A stretch of 63,187 bases of DNA, filler included, from Octopus bimaculoides (lineage: Eukaryota), in NCBI RefSeq assembly GCF_001194135.2. It is 7 parts of 7 records of this genome, joined end to end, with 100 filler letters (N's around TTAATTAATTAA, not from the genome) between each part and the next. Parts side by side here need not be neighbours in the genome. Positions count along the whole stretch, not along the records: positions 34,027 to 50,868 come from NC_069004.1; 6 more parts are not named here. One strand, 5' to 3'. How positions within the stretch are numbered: the stretch's first letter is position 1; the number at the start of each line of letters is the position of its first letter. The notes under the pieces are model-generated. The model was given only the letters and a program-made list of their open reading frames with translations, did no database searches and had not been told where the DNA came from. The position numbers were made by a program, and so were the translations under genes. Of the stretch, positions 38,075 through 49,135 are shown one piece after another.

Positions 38075-38850
38075 TTTTCAAACATTTTACCTCAGAATTA
38101 ACTGTATTTTCCAATATGACCTTTTTCTTTTAAAGATAGGTGGATGTCATTTAGGAGGTCAATGAAACTTGGAAGTTATTTCTAGCGTGTAGATCAACCA
38201 CAAAATGGGTCCTTTTTCCCCACAATCTATTGTTGTTTAATCGAAGATCAACCCTGATCTATCAGAACTATGTTCAATGGCGCTCCACTCATGATCATCC
38301 TGTAATGTTTAGACAGTCTTTCTCAAACTACATTATCCAATACATTACTGCCGTTCTTGTGTTTTTTTAGAGAACACAGACATGGGTGAAGCCTCAATTT
38401 ACAAATAAAGGGTCCTTCAGTGACGTGGCTGCATTATTAAGCAGCCTCCTTTTCAACCACATAGTTTCGGGTTCAACCCCATTGCGTAGCTCCTTGGTTA
38501 AGTGTCTTCTCCGACAGCTATGCTATAGCAAGTACATTCATCTGCAGGTCGGTAGCTAACGATAGCGTTCTCTTCTCTATATAGACCAAAAATGTGTAAT
38601 TTCTCTGACAATATAGAGATGCATAGACATGGACCCGAATATTTGTTTCAGAGTTAGCATAAGGCTAGCAAGTATGGGTTTTCAAACATTTTATCTCAGT
38701 ATTAACTATATTTTCCAATATGACCTTTTTTTCTTTTAAAGATAGTAGGATGTCATTTAGGAGGTCAATGAAACTTGGATGCTATTTCTTGCGTGTAGAT
38801 CAACCACAAAATGGTTCCCTTTTTCCCACGACCTATTGTTGTTTAATCGA
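38075..38850. repeat. Local direct duplication of about 170 bp (38075-38245 and 38678-38850)
   Basis: ttttcaaacatttta..ccaatatgacc..ggaggtcaatgaaacttgga..gatcaaccacaaaatgg..ctattgttgtttaatcgaa occurs twice. Confidence 0.9.
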
Positions 38851-39299
38851 ACCCCAGGGCTCAACTGGTACTTATTTTATCGACCCCGATAAGATGAAAG
38901 TTAAGATTGACTTCGGCGGAATTTGAATTCATAACGTAAAGACGGATGAGATGTCACTAAGCATTGTTCCCGGCGTGCTAATGATTCTGCTAAGCTCGTC
39001 ACCTTTATGGGCCCGTATATTGCAATCTGAAAACTGTCGGGAACGACGAGTTCAGTTAGGCGGAAGGCCTACAGAGATCGGAATATCGAATTAAGAGGAA
39101 GTTGACAGAGAGCTCATCAAGTACTGGTGGTAACAATATCTGAAAATTTTATTGTGTCTAGGGATAGTCGTGATGTCAATATTAATAACACACGCACTAG
39201 TTCAATCCCGTCCCTTTATTATTAGTCGCTTCGTTAACAAAGCTAAACAAATAGGCGCAGGCGTGGCTGTATGGTAAGATTAGAATGTTCACTCTTTCG

Positions 39300-40075
39300 C
39301 TTTTTGTGGAAAGGCTGCATCGTATATGTCTGGCAATCCATCTGTTGACTTCTCTCTCTACACAGATGGACTTTTATGTTGTGCTTCATGCTACAGATGC
39401 GCACAGAACAAGGAAACCATTTCCCACATGTTCATTCAGCATCCGGGCATTGCTGACTTGTGGTTTTATGTCGTACAGTTATTACTTTGTATGAGACAGT
39501 CCTGGCTATCAGCCGAGTCAATATTGAAGATCGCTCAGCTGTCCTCGCTGGGCCTGGAAAAGCAGGCAGTTTTCCTCTTCTGTTTAGCGGGCATGCTGCA
39601 AAAGGCTGTAGAACGAATACGATTGAAATATGACGAGGACAGACACACAGACACATTCCTTTTCAGTTGAACGCTCATCAGTTTCTTATTGTAGCGCTTG
39701 AAGAGGAAAAGTAGATGAGGCGGGAGGAGCCGCTCTCTGGTAAATTCACTGAAAAGAATGAGAGAGTGAAGAGACTGGTTCTACATGAATGGATCTATAC
39801 TCATATGTGCGTGAAGACCGGAGAACACAGCTAAGAAAAGGGCACTTGACCGTGGTATTCAGGGTAATCTATAAGGTTTCTTCATTTGTGCCAAGTAACT
39901 GACCCCTATCTCTACTGGGACGTTTCTTTCCATTTCTCTTTCATACTCTTGTTGTCTCCACTCTTCTCCTTTTACTTCGCAATCGATTCTCCATAACCCC
40001 CTCGTCTACTCTTGTTTTCTTTTTAATTTGTTTTTGCAATATCCCCATCATCCACCACCTCTATAACAAATAAAG
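39300..40075 (+). mobile_element. L1/Tx1-clade LINE 3' end (zf-RVT/CCHC region, ORF2 end and 3' UTR)
   Basis: SCYRCAQNKETISHMFIQHPGIADLWFYV matches the C-x2-C..ETxxH..CP..W knuckle with the last Cys decayed. It is followed by LSAESILKIA..AVF..., a pyrimidine-rich UTR and an AATAAA/A-rich end. Confidence 0.7.
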
Positions 40076-40218
40076 AAATAATCATCAATAATATTGCTGT
40101 TGTTCTTGTTGTGAATGTTGTTGTTTTCGACGTTCCATTGTTGTTGGTGTTATTGTTGTTGTTGCTATTGATGTGGATTGTGGAAGCTAAGGTACTCTCT
40201 GTTTGTCTGCACTCTCAG

Positions 40219-40296
40219 ATAGATTTGTAATGGCATATTTTACCGATTGTCGTGTCGTTTCGATGTCCAACCAGCCTCAACATAATGGCCGACATT
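40219..40296 (+). CDS. Candidate 78-nt phase 1-1 exon, product unknown
   Basis: Acceptor ctctctgtttgtctgcactctcag|, donor |gtaagt, single open frame (D)RFVMAYFTDCRVVSMSNQPQHNGRH. It is not Slit-like. Confidence 0.22.
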
Positions 40297-40785
40297 GTAA
40301 GTAATTGATTCGCAGCCCAGATAGTACAGCGACAGGAGGCCATTAAAGCACTGTATCGTATTATAACTTCAAACAAAGGTTTCTCCTTGCCTATTAGATA
40401 ATGCAAACTCTCGCTGTGGACTTGGATTAAACACTTAAGACAAAAATATACATCCATATAATAGAGATATATACATTTGTGTGTGTGTGTATGTGTGTGT
40501 GTGTATGTGTATGAGTGCGAGTGTGAAGATCTTTCTATAACTATATTGCAAGCAAATAATATGTAGACCTGTGTGTGTATGTGTGTGTTGGGGCTGGGGG
40601 TGTATTTGTGTGTGCTTCTATGTATGTGTGTATCGGTGGATCGAAACCAGTGTCTGTGTATGTTTTGCGTATATATCTATGTATAATTGCGGGTAATTTT
40701 TCATGAGTACTTGTGTTTAATTAAGTATATATATATCTATATTTATTCATTTCACTATATGTTTTTTTTTTGTTTATCGTTATTT

Positions 40786-40819
<34 letters not shown>

Positions 40820-41420
40820 NNNNNNNNNNNNNNNNNNNNNNNNNNNNNNNNNNNNNNNNNNNNNNNNNNNNNNNNNNNNNNNNNNNNNNNNNNNNNNNNN
40901 NNNNNNNNNNNNNNNNNNNNNNNNNNNNNNNNNNNNNNNNNNNNNNNNNNNNNNNNNNNNNNNNNNNNNNNNNNNNNNNNNNNNNNNNNNNNNNNNNNNN
41001 NNNNNNNNNNNNNNNNNNNNNNNNNNNNNNNNNNNNNNNNNNNNNNNNNNNNNNNNNNNNNNNNNNNNNNNNNNNNNNNNNNNNNNNNNNNNNNNNNNNN
41101 NNNNNNNNNNNNNNNNNNNNNNNNNNNNNNNNNNNNNNNNNNNNNNNNNNNNNNNNNNNNNNNNNNNNNNNNNNNNNNNNNNNNNNNNNNNNNNNNNNNN
41201 NNNNNNNNNNNNNNNNNNNNNNNNNNNNNNNNNNNNNNNNNNNNNNNNNNNNNNNNNNNNNNNNNNNNNNNNNNNNNNNNNNNNNNNNNNNNNNNNNNNN
41301 NNNNNNNNNNNNNNNNNNNNNNNNNNNNNNNNNNNNNNNNNNNNNNNNNNNNNNNNNNNNNNNNNNNNNNNNNNNNNNNNNNNNNNNNNNNNNNNNNNNN
41401 NNNNNNNNNNNNNNNNNNNN

Positions 41421-41950
41421 GACGCCCCCAAGCGAAGAAGTAGGCTCGACCAAGGCATATAAATAGAGGTAGTCTGACCGTGGACTGCCAGTGGACTGCC
41501 AGTGGACTGCCAGTTGACTGCCAGTGGACTGCCAGTGGACTGCCAGTGGACTGCCAGTGGACTGACGGTTGAGTAGCTGCTGAGTAGCAGTCGAGCAGAG
41601 ATCATCCGAAGGTGCTAGATAGCAGTAGCTTGAGACATAACACTCTTGCATAATGCGCAGCTGTGCTGGCAGGCAGAGAGAACAAGAGCCACAGCAGGAA
41701 GTCTTTCAACATGCTTTTTCAATCATTCGACTGAAAGGCACACCCTTCCACAAGTTGCACATGTTCTGTTGTGAACAATAGCTGTATCATAATTTACAAG
41801 AGGTTGATTCCTGTGAGTTCTCTGATGGCTGACCAGGACTGCATAAACTCAAGCATTACCTCCCACAAATCACACGTAAAAATAACAACACTCCCTCGTT
41901 TCCTACAGTCGTTGTTCGAAGTTTGAAAGAGAGAATAAAGCACGAGGTGT
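41421..41950 (+). mobile_element. Possible solo-LTR-like segment with an internal 11-bp tandem array
   Basis: TATAAATAG at about 41458, (ccagtggactg) x about 8 at 41480-41564, and AATAAA at about 41933. No TG..CA ends or TSD are visible because the left end is in a gap. Confidence 0.3.
41480..41564. repeat. Minisatellite, 11-bp unit CCAGTGGACTG, about 7.7 copies
   Basis: Read directly from the sequence, with one variant unit (ccagttgactg). Confidence 0.95.
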
Positions 41951-42480
41951 GTGTGTGTATGTGTGTATATGTGTGTTTGTGTTTGTGTGTGTGTGTGTGT
42001 GGGGGGGGTCTGTGTGTTTCTAGCTTTGGCATTGCGAGGCTTACATGTTGTGTGTTTTAGTCACTGGATTGTTGCCATGCTGGAGCACAGCCATGAAAAT
42101 CTTAGTCGAATAAATGGACCGCAGTACATATTTTCACATTCATTCTATCGGTTTTCTTTTGCCGAACCGCTGTGATTTGATGTAGATTTGGTCGTTATTT
42201 CTAGGAGGTTAAATGACCCCATAAAGACAACCCTGTAAGTGCGCATGCGTAAATAAAGGGATTGGTGTTGTTGTTGTTGTTGTTGCTGCTGTTATAGTTG
42301 CTGTTGTTGTTATTAATGTCTATCCCCTCACTCCTTGTCAGCTCGCAACATATCTTTCGACTCTTAAGATAGTAAGGCATGACTTGAGGAAGTCTGACTA
42401 TTATTTCTAGCATATCAAGTAACCTCATAGAAGCTTCATGGGCGAAATGTATTGCTGTTGCCGTCATTGTTGTTGTTGAC

Positions 42481-42512
<32 letters not shown>

Positions 42513-43542
42513 GTTGTGATGGTGGTAGTGGCGGTGGTGGTGATTGTGGTGGCGGTGGTGGTGGTGGTGGTGGTGGTAGTAGTAGTAGNNNNNNNNNNNN
42601 NNNNNNNNNNNNNNNNNNNNNNNNNNNNNNNNNNNNNNNNNNNNNNNNNNNNNNNNNNNNNNNNNNNNNNNNNNNNNNNNNNNNNNNNNNNNNNNNNNNN
42701 NNNNNNNNNNNNNNNNNNNNNNNNNNNNNNNNNNNNNNNNNNNNNNNNNNNNNNNNNNNNNNNNNNNNNNNNNNNNNNNNNNNNNNNNNNNNNNNNNNNN
42801 NNNNNNNNNNNNNNNNNNNNNNNNNNNNNNNNNNNNNNNNNNNNNNNNNNNNNNNNNNNNNNNNNNNNNNNNNNNNNNNNNNNNNNNNNNNNNNNNNNNN
42901 NNNNNNNNNNNNNNNNNNNNNNNNNNNNNNNNNNNNNNNNNNNNNNNNNNNNNNNNNNNNNNNNNNNNNNNNNNNNNNNNNNNNNNNNNNNNNNNNNNNN
43001 NNNNNNNNNNNNNNNNNNNNNNNNNNNNNNNNNNNNNNNNNNNNNNNNNNNNNNNNNNNNNNNNNNNNNNNNNNNNNNNNNNNNNNNNNNNNNNNNNNNN
43101 NNNNNNNNNNNNNNNNNNNNNNNNNNNNNNNNNNNNNNNNNNNNNNNNNNNNNNNNNNNNNNNNNNNNNNNNNNNNNNNNNNNNNNNNNNNNNNNNNNNN
43201 NNNNNNNNNNNNNNNNNNNNNNNNNNNNNNNNNNNNNNNNNNNNNNNNNNNNNNNNNNNNNNNNNNNNNNNNNNNNNNNNNNNNNNNNNNNNNNNNNNNN
43301 NNNNNNNNNNNNNNNNNNNNNNNNNNNNNNNNNNNNNNNNNNNNNNNNNNNNNNNNNNNNNNNNNNNNNNNNNNNNNNNNNNNNNNNNNNNNNNNNNNNN
43401 NNNNNNNNNNNNNNNNNNNNNNNNNNNNNNNNNNNNNNNNNNNNNNNNNNNNNNNNNNNNNNNNNNNNNNNNACCTCGAATCTATAGTAAAAGACACTTG
43501 CCCAAGGTATCATGTGGTTGGGAAGCAAGCTTCTTGTTTCTT

Positions 43543-43770
43543 TATTGCCCACAAGGGGCTAAACATAGAGGGGACAAACAAGGACAGATAAAGGGATTAA
43601 GTCGATTACATGGACCCCAGTGCATAACTGGTACTTAATTTATCGACCTCGAAAGGATGAAAGGCAAAGTTGACCTCGGCGGAATTTGAACTCATAACGT
43701 AACGGCTGACGAAATACTGCTAAGCATTTCGCCCGGCGTGCTAACGATTCTGCCAGCTCACCGCCACACA
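43543..43770 (-). mobile_element. SINE family B, full length, inserted in a family-A head
   Basis: Reverse complement of ggcggtgagctggcagaatcgttagcacgccgggcg...gagttcaaattccgccgagg..tttgcctttcatcctttcgaggtcgataaa..., flanked by the split A head (43478-43542 and 43772-43803). Confidence 0.88.
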
Positions 43771-43910
43771 GCTTCTTACCACACAACCACACCTGCGCCT
43801 ATATGTCTGGTTCGTGAGTTCATCTTGTACCTCTTGAAAATGAAAGGGTGAAATTGTTCTTATATTAAATCTCTGAACGAGGTATTAACAGTAACTGCAC
43901 GATAAAGTGA

Positions 43911-44056
43911 AGTATATTTGCCATTTAAATGTGGCTGACCCCTAAGGGGCACAGATGTGTGTCGATAAGGCAGCTGGAGGAGATGTTCTCCTGGGGCTAA
44001 AAGCAACAGTAACATCCACCCTTAGGGGTCAGCCACATTTAAATGGCAAATATACT
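43911..44056. repeat. Perfect 38-bp inverted repeat with a 70-bp spacer (MITE-like)
   Basis: agtatatttgccatttaaatgtggctgacccctaaggg (43911-43948) and its exact reverse complement (44019-44056). Confidence 0.9.
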
Positions 44057-44286
44057 GTTCTTATATTGTTTTACAGGTTGGTCTATTTACGTGTTCGAAT
44101 ATCAGTTATGATCCAATGTTTGTTCAGTTTTGTGAGAGTTGATGAGAATTCAGGACTGCATTTCAAAAGCAATCTAACTACATCCATCATATATCACTTG
44201 GAGTATTCTCAGTGCTTATGCAGACTAGTGTCTATCGTGTATACTGAGGTATTATTGCTTATTCCTACGACTATGTCTAAAAATGT

Positions 44287-44668
44287 GGAGGCGCAATGGC
44301 CGAGTGGTTAGGGCAGCGGACTCGCGGTCGTAGAACCGCGGTTTCGATCCCCAAACCAGGCGTTGTGATTGTTTATTGAGCGAAAACACTTAAAAGTTCC
44401 ACGAGGCTCCGGCAGGGGGTGGTGGTGAACCCTGTTGTACTCTTTCACCACAACTTTCTCTCACTCTTTCTTCCTGTTTCTGTTGTACTTGTATTTCAAA
44501 GGGCCAGCCTTGTCGCACTCTGTGTCACGCTCAATCTCCCCGAGAACTACGTTAAGGGTACACGTGTCTGCGGAGTGCTCAGCCACTTGCACGTTAATTT
44601 CGCGAGCAGGCTGTTCCGTTGATCGGATCAACTGAAACCCTCGTCGTCGTAAGCGACGGAGTGTCACA
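44287..44668 (+). mobile_element. SINE family C (tRNA-like head and conserved 3' domain)
   Basis: A box tggccgagtgg, B box gtttcgatccc, then gggccagccttgtc.cactctg..gagaactacgttaagggtacacgtgtctg shared with 5859-6165 and 59824-60131. Confidence 0.85.
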
Positions 44669-44917
44669 AAGATGTCTAAGAATGAGGTTGTGTTAAATTT
44701 ATTATAGAACTATGTTAGTTCCAGTTCGTTTTTGTTTGTTTCTTTTGTTTTTTTATGGCAAAAGACCAGTAATTTCGAAGTAGGGGGTAAGTCTATTACC
44801 TCGACCGCAGTAATCATCTAGTACTTATTTTATCGTTCTCCTCGGTGGAAGTTGAACTCAAAACGTTAAGACGGACGAAAAACCGTTAAGCCCGGCTTGC
44901 TAACGATATAATATATA

Positions 44918-45106
44918 AAAGGACACAATACATGTCTTTAAACGCTTCTAATAGTTTCATATGTTGAGAAATATCTCAGATATATTCTTCAGGCACAAAC
45001 TACATATCATAACAATATATGGGGTTTGTGCCTGATGAATATGTTTGAGATATTTCTCAACATATGAAACAGTTAGTAGCACTAAAAGTCATGTATTGTG
45101 TCCTTT
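44918..45106. mobile_element. Fold-back MITE, Kolobok-like ends
   Basis: About 80-bp imperfect inverted arms (44918-45000 and 45024-45106) with a 23-nt loop. The right end is GTGTCCT|TTAA. Confidence 0.7.
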
Positions 45107-45179
45107 AATTAAATAATATTTATCTCTCACCAGATGGAGCATTTTTTTTTTTTTTTTGAAGTTTCTATCACGGATGCTT

Positions 45180-45301
45180 GCTTGGGCAAGTAGGTAAGTT
45201 TTACCATAACCGTGGCCCGAACAATGCTTTATAAGTAAATTTGGTAGACGGAAACTCTGAGGAAGTCCGTCGTATAGAGAGATAGTTAGATAGATAGGTA
45301 G

Positions 45302-45384
<83 letters not shown>

Positions 45385-45665
45385 CAGAGATAGAGAGAGA
45401 TGTATAGGTCTTTTTGTGCGTTCGTGTGTATGTATATGTGTGTGTCTTTGTGTTTGTCTCCCCGCAATGCTTGAGAACCAGTATTGTTATGTTTACGTCC
45501 CTGCAACATTGTCGTTCGGCCAAAGACAACGATAGAATAAATACCAGACTTGAAAATCAAAATGAAACATATGGACTGGGATCACTAAGGTTGACTAAAA
45601 TCCTTTAAGGTGGTGCCCCAGCATGACCTCAGTCCAATGCTTAAAAAAAATAAAAGATAAAAGAT
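45180..45665 (+). mobile_element. SINE family A, diverged, 5'-truncated, with internal (GATA)n(GA)n
   Basis: atttggtagacggaaact...gttcggccaaagacaacgatagaataa...ggtggtgccccagcatg. Confidence 0.7.
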
Positions 45666-45769
45666 ATATTTGTACATATATATACATATATACATACATA
45701 AATACATACATACGCACACTCATTCACACATATAAGTTGTTTATATACATATACACATGTAACAACAAT

Positions 45770-46620
45770 GGGTTGCTGCAATGCCTGAAGGCACGATGGC
45801 ACGAAGGCACGAAGGCACGTGTAATCCACCAAGCTAACGCCTCAGAAGAACTCCTTATCGCCTGTGGTCTGAAACAGGGCTGCGTCCTCGCACCCACACT
45901 CTTATCATTTTACCTCACTCCCATGCTTCACGAAATTCACCAGAACGACCCTGGCTTAGAAATCAAGTGCCGTACTCAGAGTCACACCAGCACCATCGAA
46001 GTAAATGAAACATAGTAAGCAAATGACAACACTGCTCCGGCCCATTCACTTGTGGCCTTACAACAATCTGTCAATAATTTCTGCGTGGCATATTTCCTGT
46101 TTGGCCTAACAGTTAACGAAGGCAAAACCAAAATCCTTGGACAACCATCATCTGGATATGACCCACTGAAACGTAACATCACCATCAGCAGAACCTCCAT
46201 TGACTGTGTTGAACACTTCCCTTATTTTGGTTACCTGTCTGTCCAATACACGTCATGAAAGGATGTAGAAAACAGTGTCCAAGCACCAAACTCAAACTTT
46301 GGGAAGCTCTCCAGCTGAGTCTTCAGAAGAAATAGTCTTACCATGCAAACCAAAATGATGGTTTACAAATTCATAGTTGTACCTACCCTGCGGTATGGGT
46401 GTGAGATGTGGACCCTGCCCCGCATGAGCTGAAAAAGCTTGAGCAATTCCATCAAAAGAAACTTTGGTCGATCCTGAACACCGAATGAGATGACTATGTT
46501 ACCAAAATTGACGTACTAAACACAGTGGAACAAATAAGCTTGGCGGGTACAATCATCAAGCGGGTAGGCTTCGCGGCTTGCATGAGGGAAAACTGGCTCC
46601 CAAAGATACTCCTAGTTGAC
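45770..46620 (+). mobile_element. RTE-BovB-clade LINE, degenerate reverse transcriptase and C-terminal region
   Basis: GLKQGCVLAPTLLSFYL, a decayed YADD (*ANDN), FGLTVNEGKTKIL, VEHFPYFG, TKMMVYKFIVVPTLRYGCEMWT and KLEQFHQKKL. Confidence 0.88.
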
Positions 46621-46727
46621 CACCACCTTGATTAAGGCTGCCCTACAGCACAAATCACAACCCTTCCTTCCGGACTGAAATGTCCTAAATACTCGAAAAC
46701 GAGTCCATGCCTACGACAACGATATAA

Positions 46728-47010
46728 AGGGTAAAGGATAAAGACCCCCTTTGGTCATGAATGACCATGGGATTGCACATAGAAAGTTCCCCTCCAGAGC
46801 ATGAGTCCGAGCAAGTTGGTGTATAGAAGAACAGCAGTCACCCAAGCATACTATCCTCTCCACTCCACACTACTGGTGTTATTCAAGAGAAAGGGAATGG
46901 GGCCGATACAGCTTGGCACCAGTGACGTCACAACTCATTTCCACAGCTGAGTGAACTGGAGCAACGTGAAATAAAGTGTCTTGCTCAAGAACACAACACA
47001 CAGCCCGATA
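46728..47010 (-). mobile_element. SINE with a D-like central part and a distinct tail ending (ttaccc/tttatcc)
   Basis: cagctgagtgaactggagcaacgtgaaataaagtgtcttgctcaagaacac is shared with family D. A related decayed copy lies at -5345-5600. Confidence 0.6.
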
Positions 47011-47070
47011 CACATGTATATAACATGAACGTATTCAAACATATTTGTATAGCATATATGTAGCTGCTGT

Positions 47071-47276
47071 CGTGGCTGTGTGGTAGGAAGGCTGCTTCCC
47101 AACCACATGGTTCCAGATTTAATCCAACTGCATGGCACGTTGGGCAAGTATATTATACTATAGCCTCGGGCCAACCAAAGCCTTGTGAGTGGATTTCGTA
47201 GGTGGAAATTGAAAGAAACCCGTTGTATATATGTAGATGTATATATAGTTAGATATACACATGTAGATATATATAT

Positions 47277-47329
<53 letters not shown>

Positions 47330-47472
47330 TGTATGTGTATGTGCGTGTGCGTGTGTCTGTATCTCTGTCTCTCTGTCTGTCTGTCTTTGTGGCTGTGTTT
47401 ATCCCACACCACAGCTTGACAACCAATGCTAGTGTTTTTACGTCCCCGTAACTTAGCAGTTCAACAAAAACG
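47071..47472 (+). mobile_element. SINE family A running into a gap
   Basis: Head, (TG)n and the start of the 3' domain. Confidence 0.85.
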
Positions 47473-48174
47473 NNNNNNNNNNNNNNNNNNNNNNNNNNNN
47501 NNNNNNNNNNNNNNNNNNNNNNNNNNNNNNNNNNNNNNNNNNNNNNNNNNNNNNNNNNNNNNNNNNNNNNNNNNNNNNNNNNNNNNNNNNNNNNNNNNNN
47601 NNNNNNNNNNNNNNNNNNNNNNNNNNNNNNNNNNNNNNNNNNNNNNNNNNNNNNNNNNNNNNNNNNNNNNNNNNNNNNNNNNNNNNNNNNNNNNNNNNNN
47701 NNNNNNNNNNNNNNNNNNNNNNNNNNNNNNNNNNNNNNNNNNNNNNNNNNNNNNNNNNNNNNNNNNNNNNNNNNNNNNNNNNNNNNNNNNNNNNNNNNNN
47801 NNNNNNNNNNNNNNNNNNNNNNNNNNNNNNNNNNNNNNNNNNNNNNNNNNNNNNNNNNNNNNNNNNNNNNNNNNNNNNNNNNNNNNNNNNNNNNNNNNNN
47901 NNNNNNNNNNNNNNNNNNNNNNNNNNNNNNNNNNNNNNNNNNNNNNNNNNNNNNNNNNNNNNNNNNNNNNNNNNNNNNNNNNNNNNNNNNNNNNNNNNNN
48001 NNNNNNNNNNNNNNNNNNNNNNNNNNNNNNNNNNNNNNNNNNNNNNNNNNNNNNNNNNNNNNNNNNNNNNNNNNNNNNNNNNNNNNNNNNNNNNNNNNNN
48101 NNNNNNNNNNNNNNNNNNNNNNNNNNNNNNNNNNNNNNNNNNNNNNNNNNNNNNNNNNNNNNNNNNNNNNNNNN

Positions 48175-48220
<46 letters not shown>

Positions 48221-48460
48221 CAGAGAGGGTGAGAGAGAGAGAGAGAGAGAGAAAGACAAACAATCATAAATTTATGGAATATATTTACATAAGTTGCTAC
48301 ATGATATAATACTATCATTATTGCTGATTCGATGTATCGATTATATCATATAATATTACGTAACGTATTATGCAAATATATACCATATTATTAGGATTGT
48401 TTTGTCCACCACTCTTTATTGATTGTTATTCGTTCAAACACGTTGATCAAGCGATCTCAC

Positions 48461-48485
48461 CTGCTTTCGAAAAACCTACTTTCAT
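48461..48485 (-). CDS. Candidate first coding exon (MKVGFSKA+g) of a secreted or surface protein
   Basis: ATG at 48485, upstream in-frame TGA, donor CAG|GTGAGA at 48460. The phase-1 end fits the exon at 37471-37376. Short, so a chance match is possible. Confidence 0.3.
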
Positions 48486-48584
48486 TAAGAAATTGGACTT
48501 TAAGAATTTGCATCATCCAAGCAATAATTCGGTATCTATCCTTGCATAAACTTACTCATTTTTAATATAGGTGCGTGGGTACTC

Positions 48585-49135
48585 ATACGTGTGTACGTCT
48601 TCCCACCCGGCCTCAGACTCAAAACGGAGGCCTACACCAGGTGCCTGGAGGAGGTAGTGCTGCCTAGGTGAAGAGGGTTGCTGCTGGAGGAGCCTATATC
48701 TGGTAATAGGACTCTGCGCCATGCCACACAAGCAGGAGGACCCAATCATGGCTGTCAGACAATTTCTGCGACCACATCAACCCTAACATCTGTCCACTTG
48801 ACTCCCCAGACTACTACACTGTGGATTATTATGCGTGGAGTGCAGTTGTGTGAGAGACCAACAAAACTCCTTGTAACACCAAAGATGAACTGAAGGCAAG
48901 GATTATGGCAGAATTGACCAACTTAAACAAGGAGGCCGACCAGAGGAATTGCAGGAGATTCCGAAGTCGTCTGAAGGTTGTGGTTGAAGCCAATGGCGAT
49001 TTTATTGAATAAATTTACTCTTTCGTATTTCAAGACATTTTCATGGAATTTTGGTATATCTGTTAAAATGAAATGTCACTTTTATTTTCATTTTGCGTAA
49101 TTTAGACGACAGTTTATTCAACGTACCATGTATAT
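48585..49135 (+). mobile_element. Second maT (DD37D) copy, 5'-truncated and defective
   Basis: DSAPCHTSRRTQSWLSDNFCDHINPNICPLDSPDYYTVD has 37 residues between the Asp residues. It ends ..VVEANGDFIE*, followed by a TIR-like end cagtttattcaacgtaccatgTA. Confidence 0.88.

Noticed and set aside
39650-39690. Minus-strand CUGAUGA..GAAA spacing
   Set aside because: Stem II and stem III cannot form, and it lies inside the Tx1 ORF relic.
40215-40457. 80-aa minus-strand ORF as an extra exon of the signal-peptide gene
   Set aside because: Available acceptors give phase 0 or 2, incompatible with the phase-1 flanking exons, and it would split the signal peptide.
41480-41564. CRISPR-like or iteron-like array
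   Set aside because: Head-to-tail units without unique spacers in a eukaryotic context. It is a minisatellite.
44287-44360. tRNA gene at the head of family C (and similar heads of A, B and D)
   Set aside because: A and B boxes are present but there is no complete cloverleaf or terminator, and the sequence continues into a SINE body.
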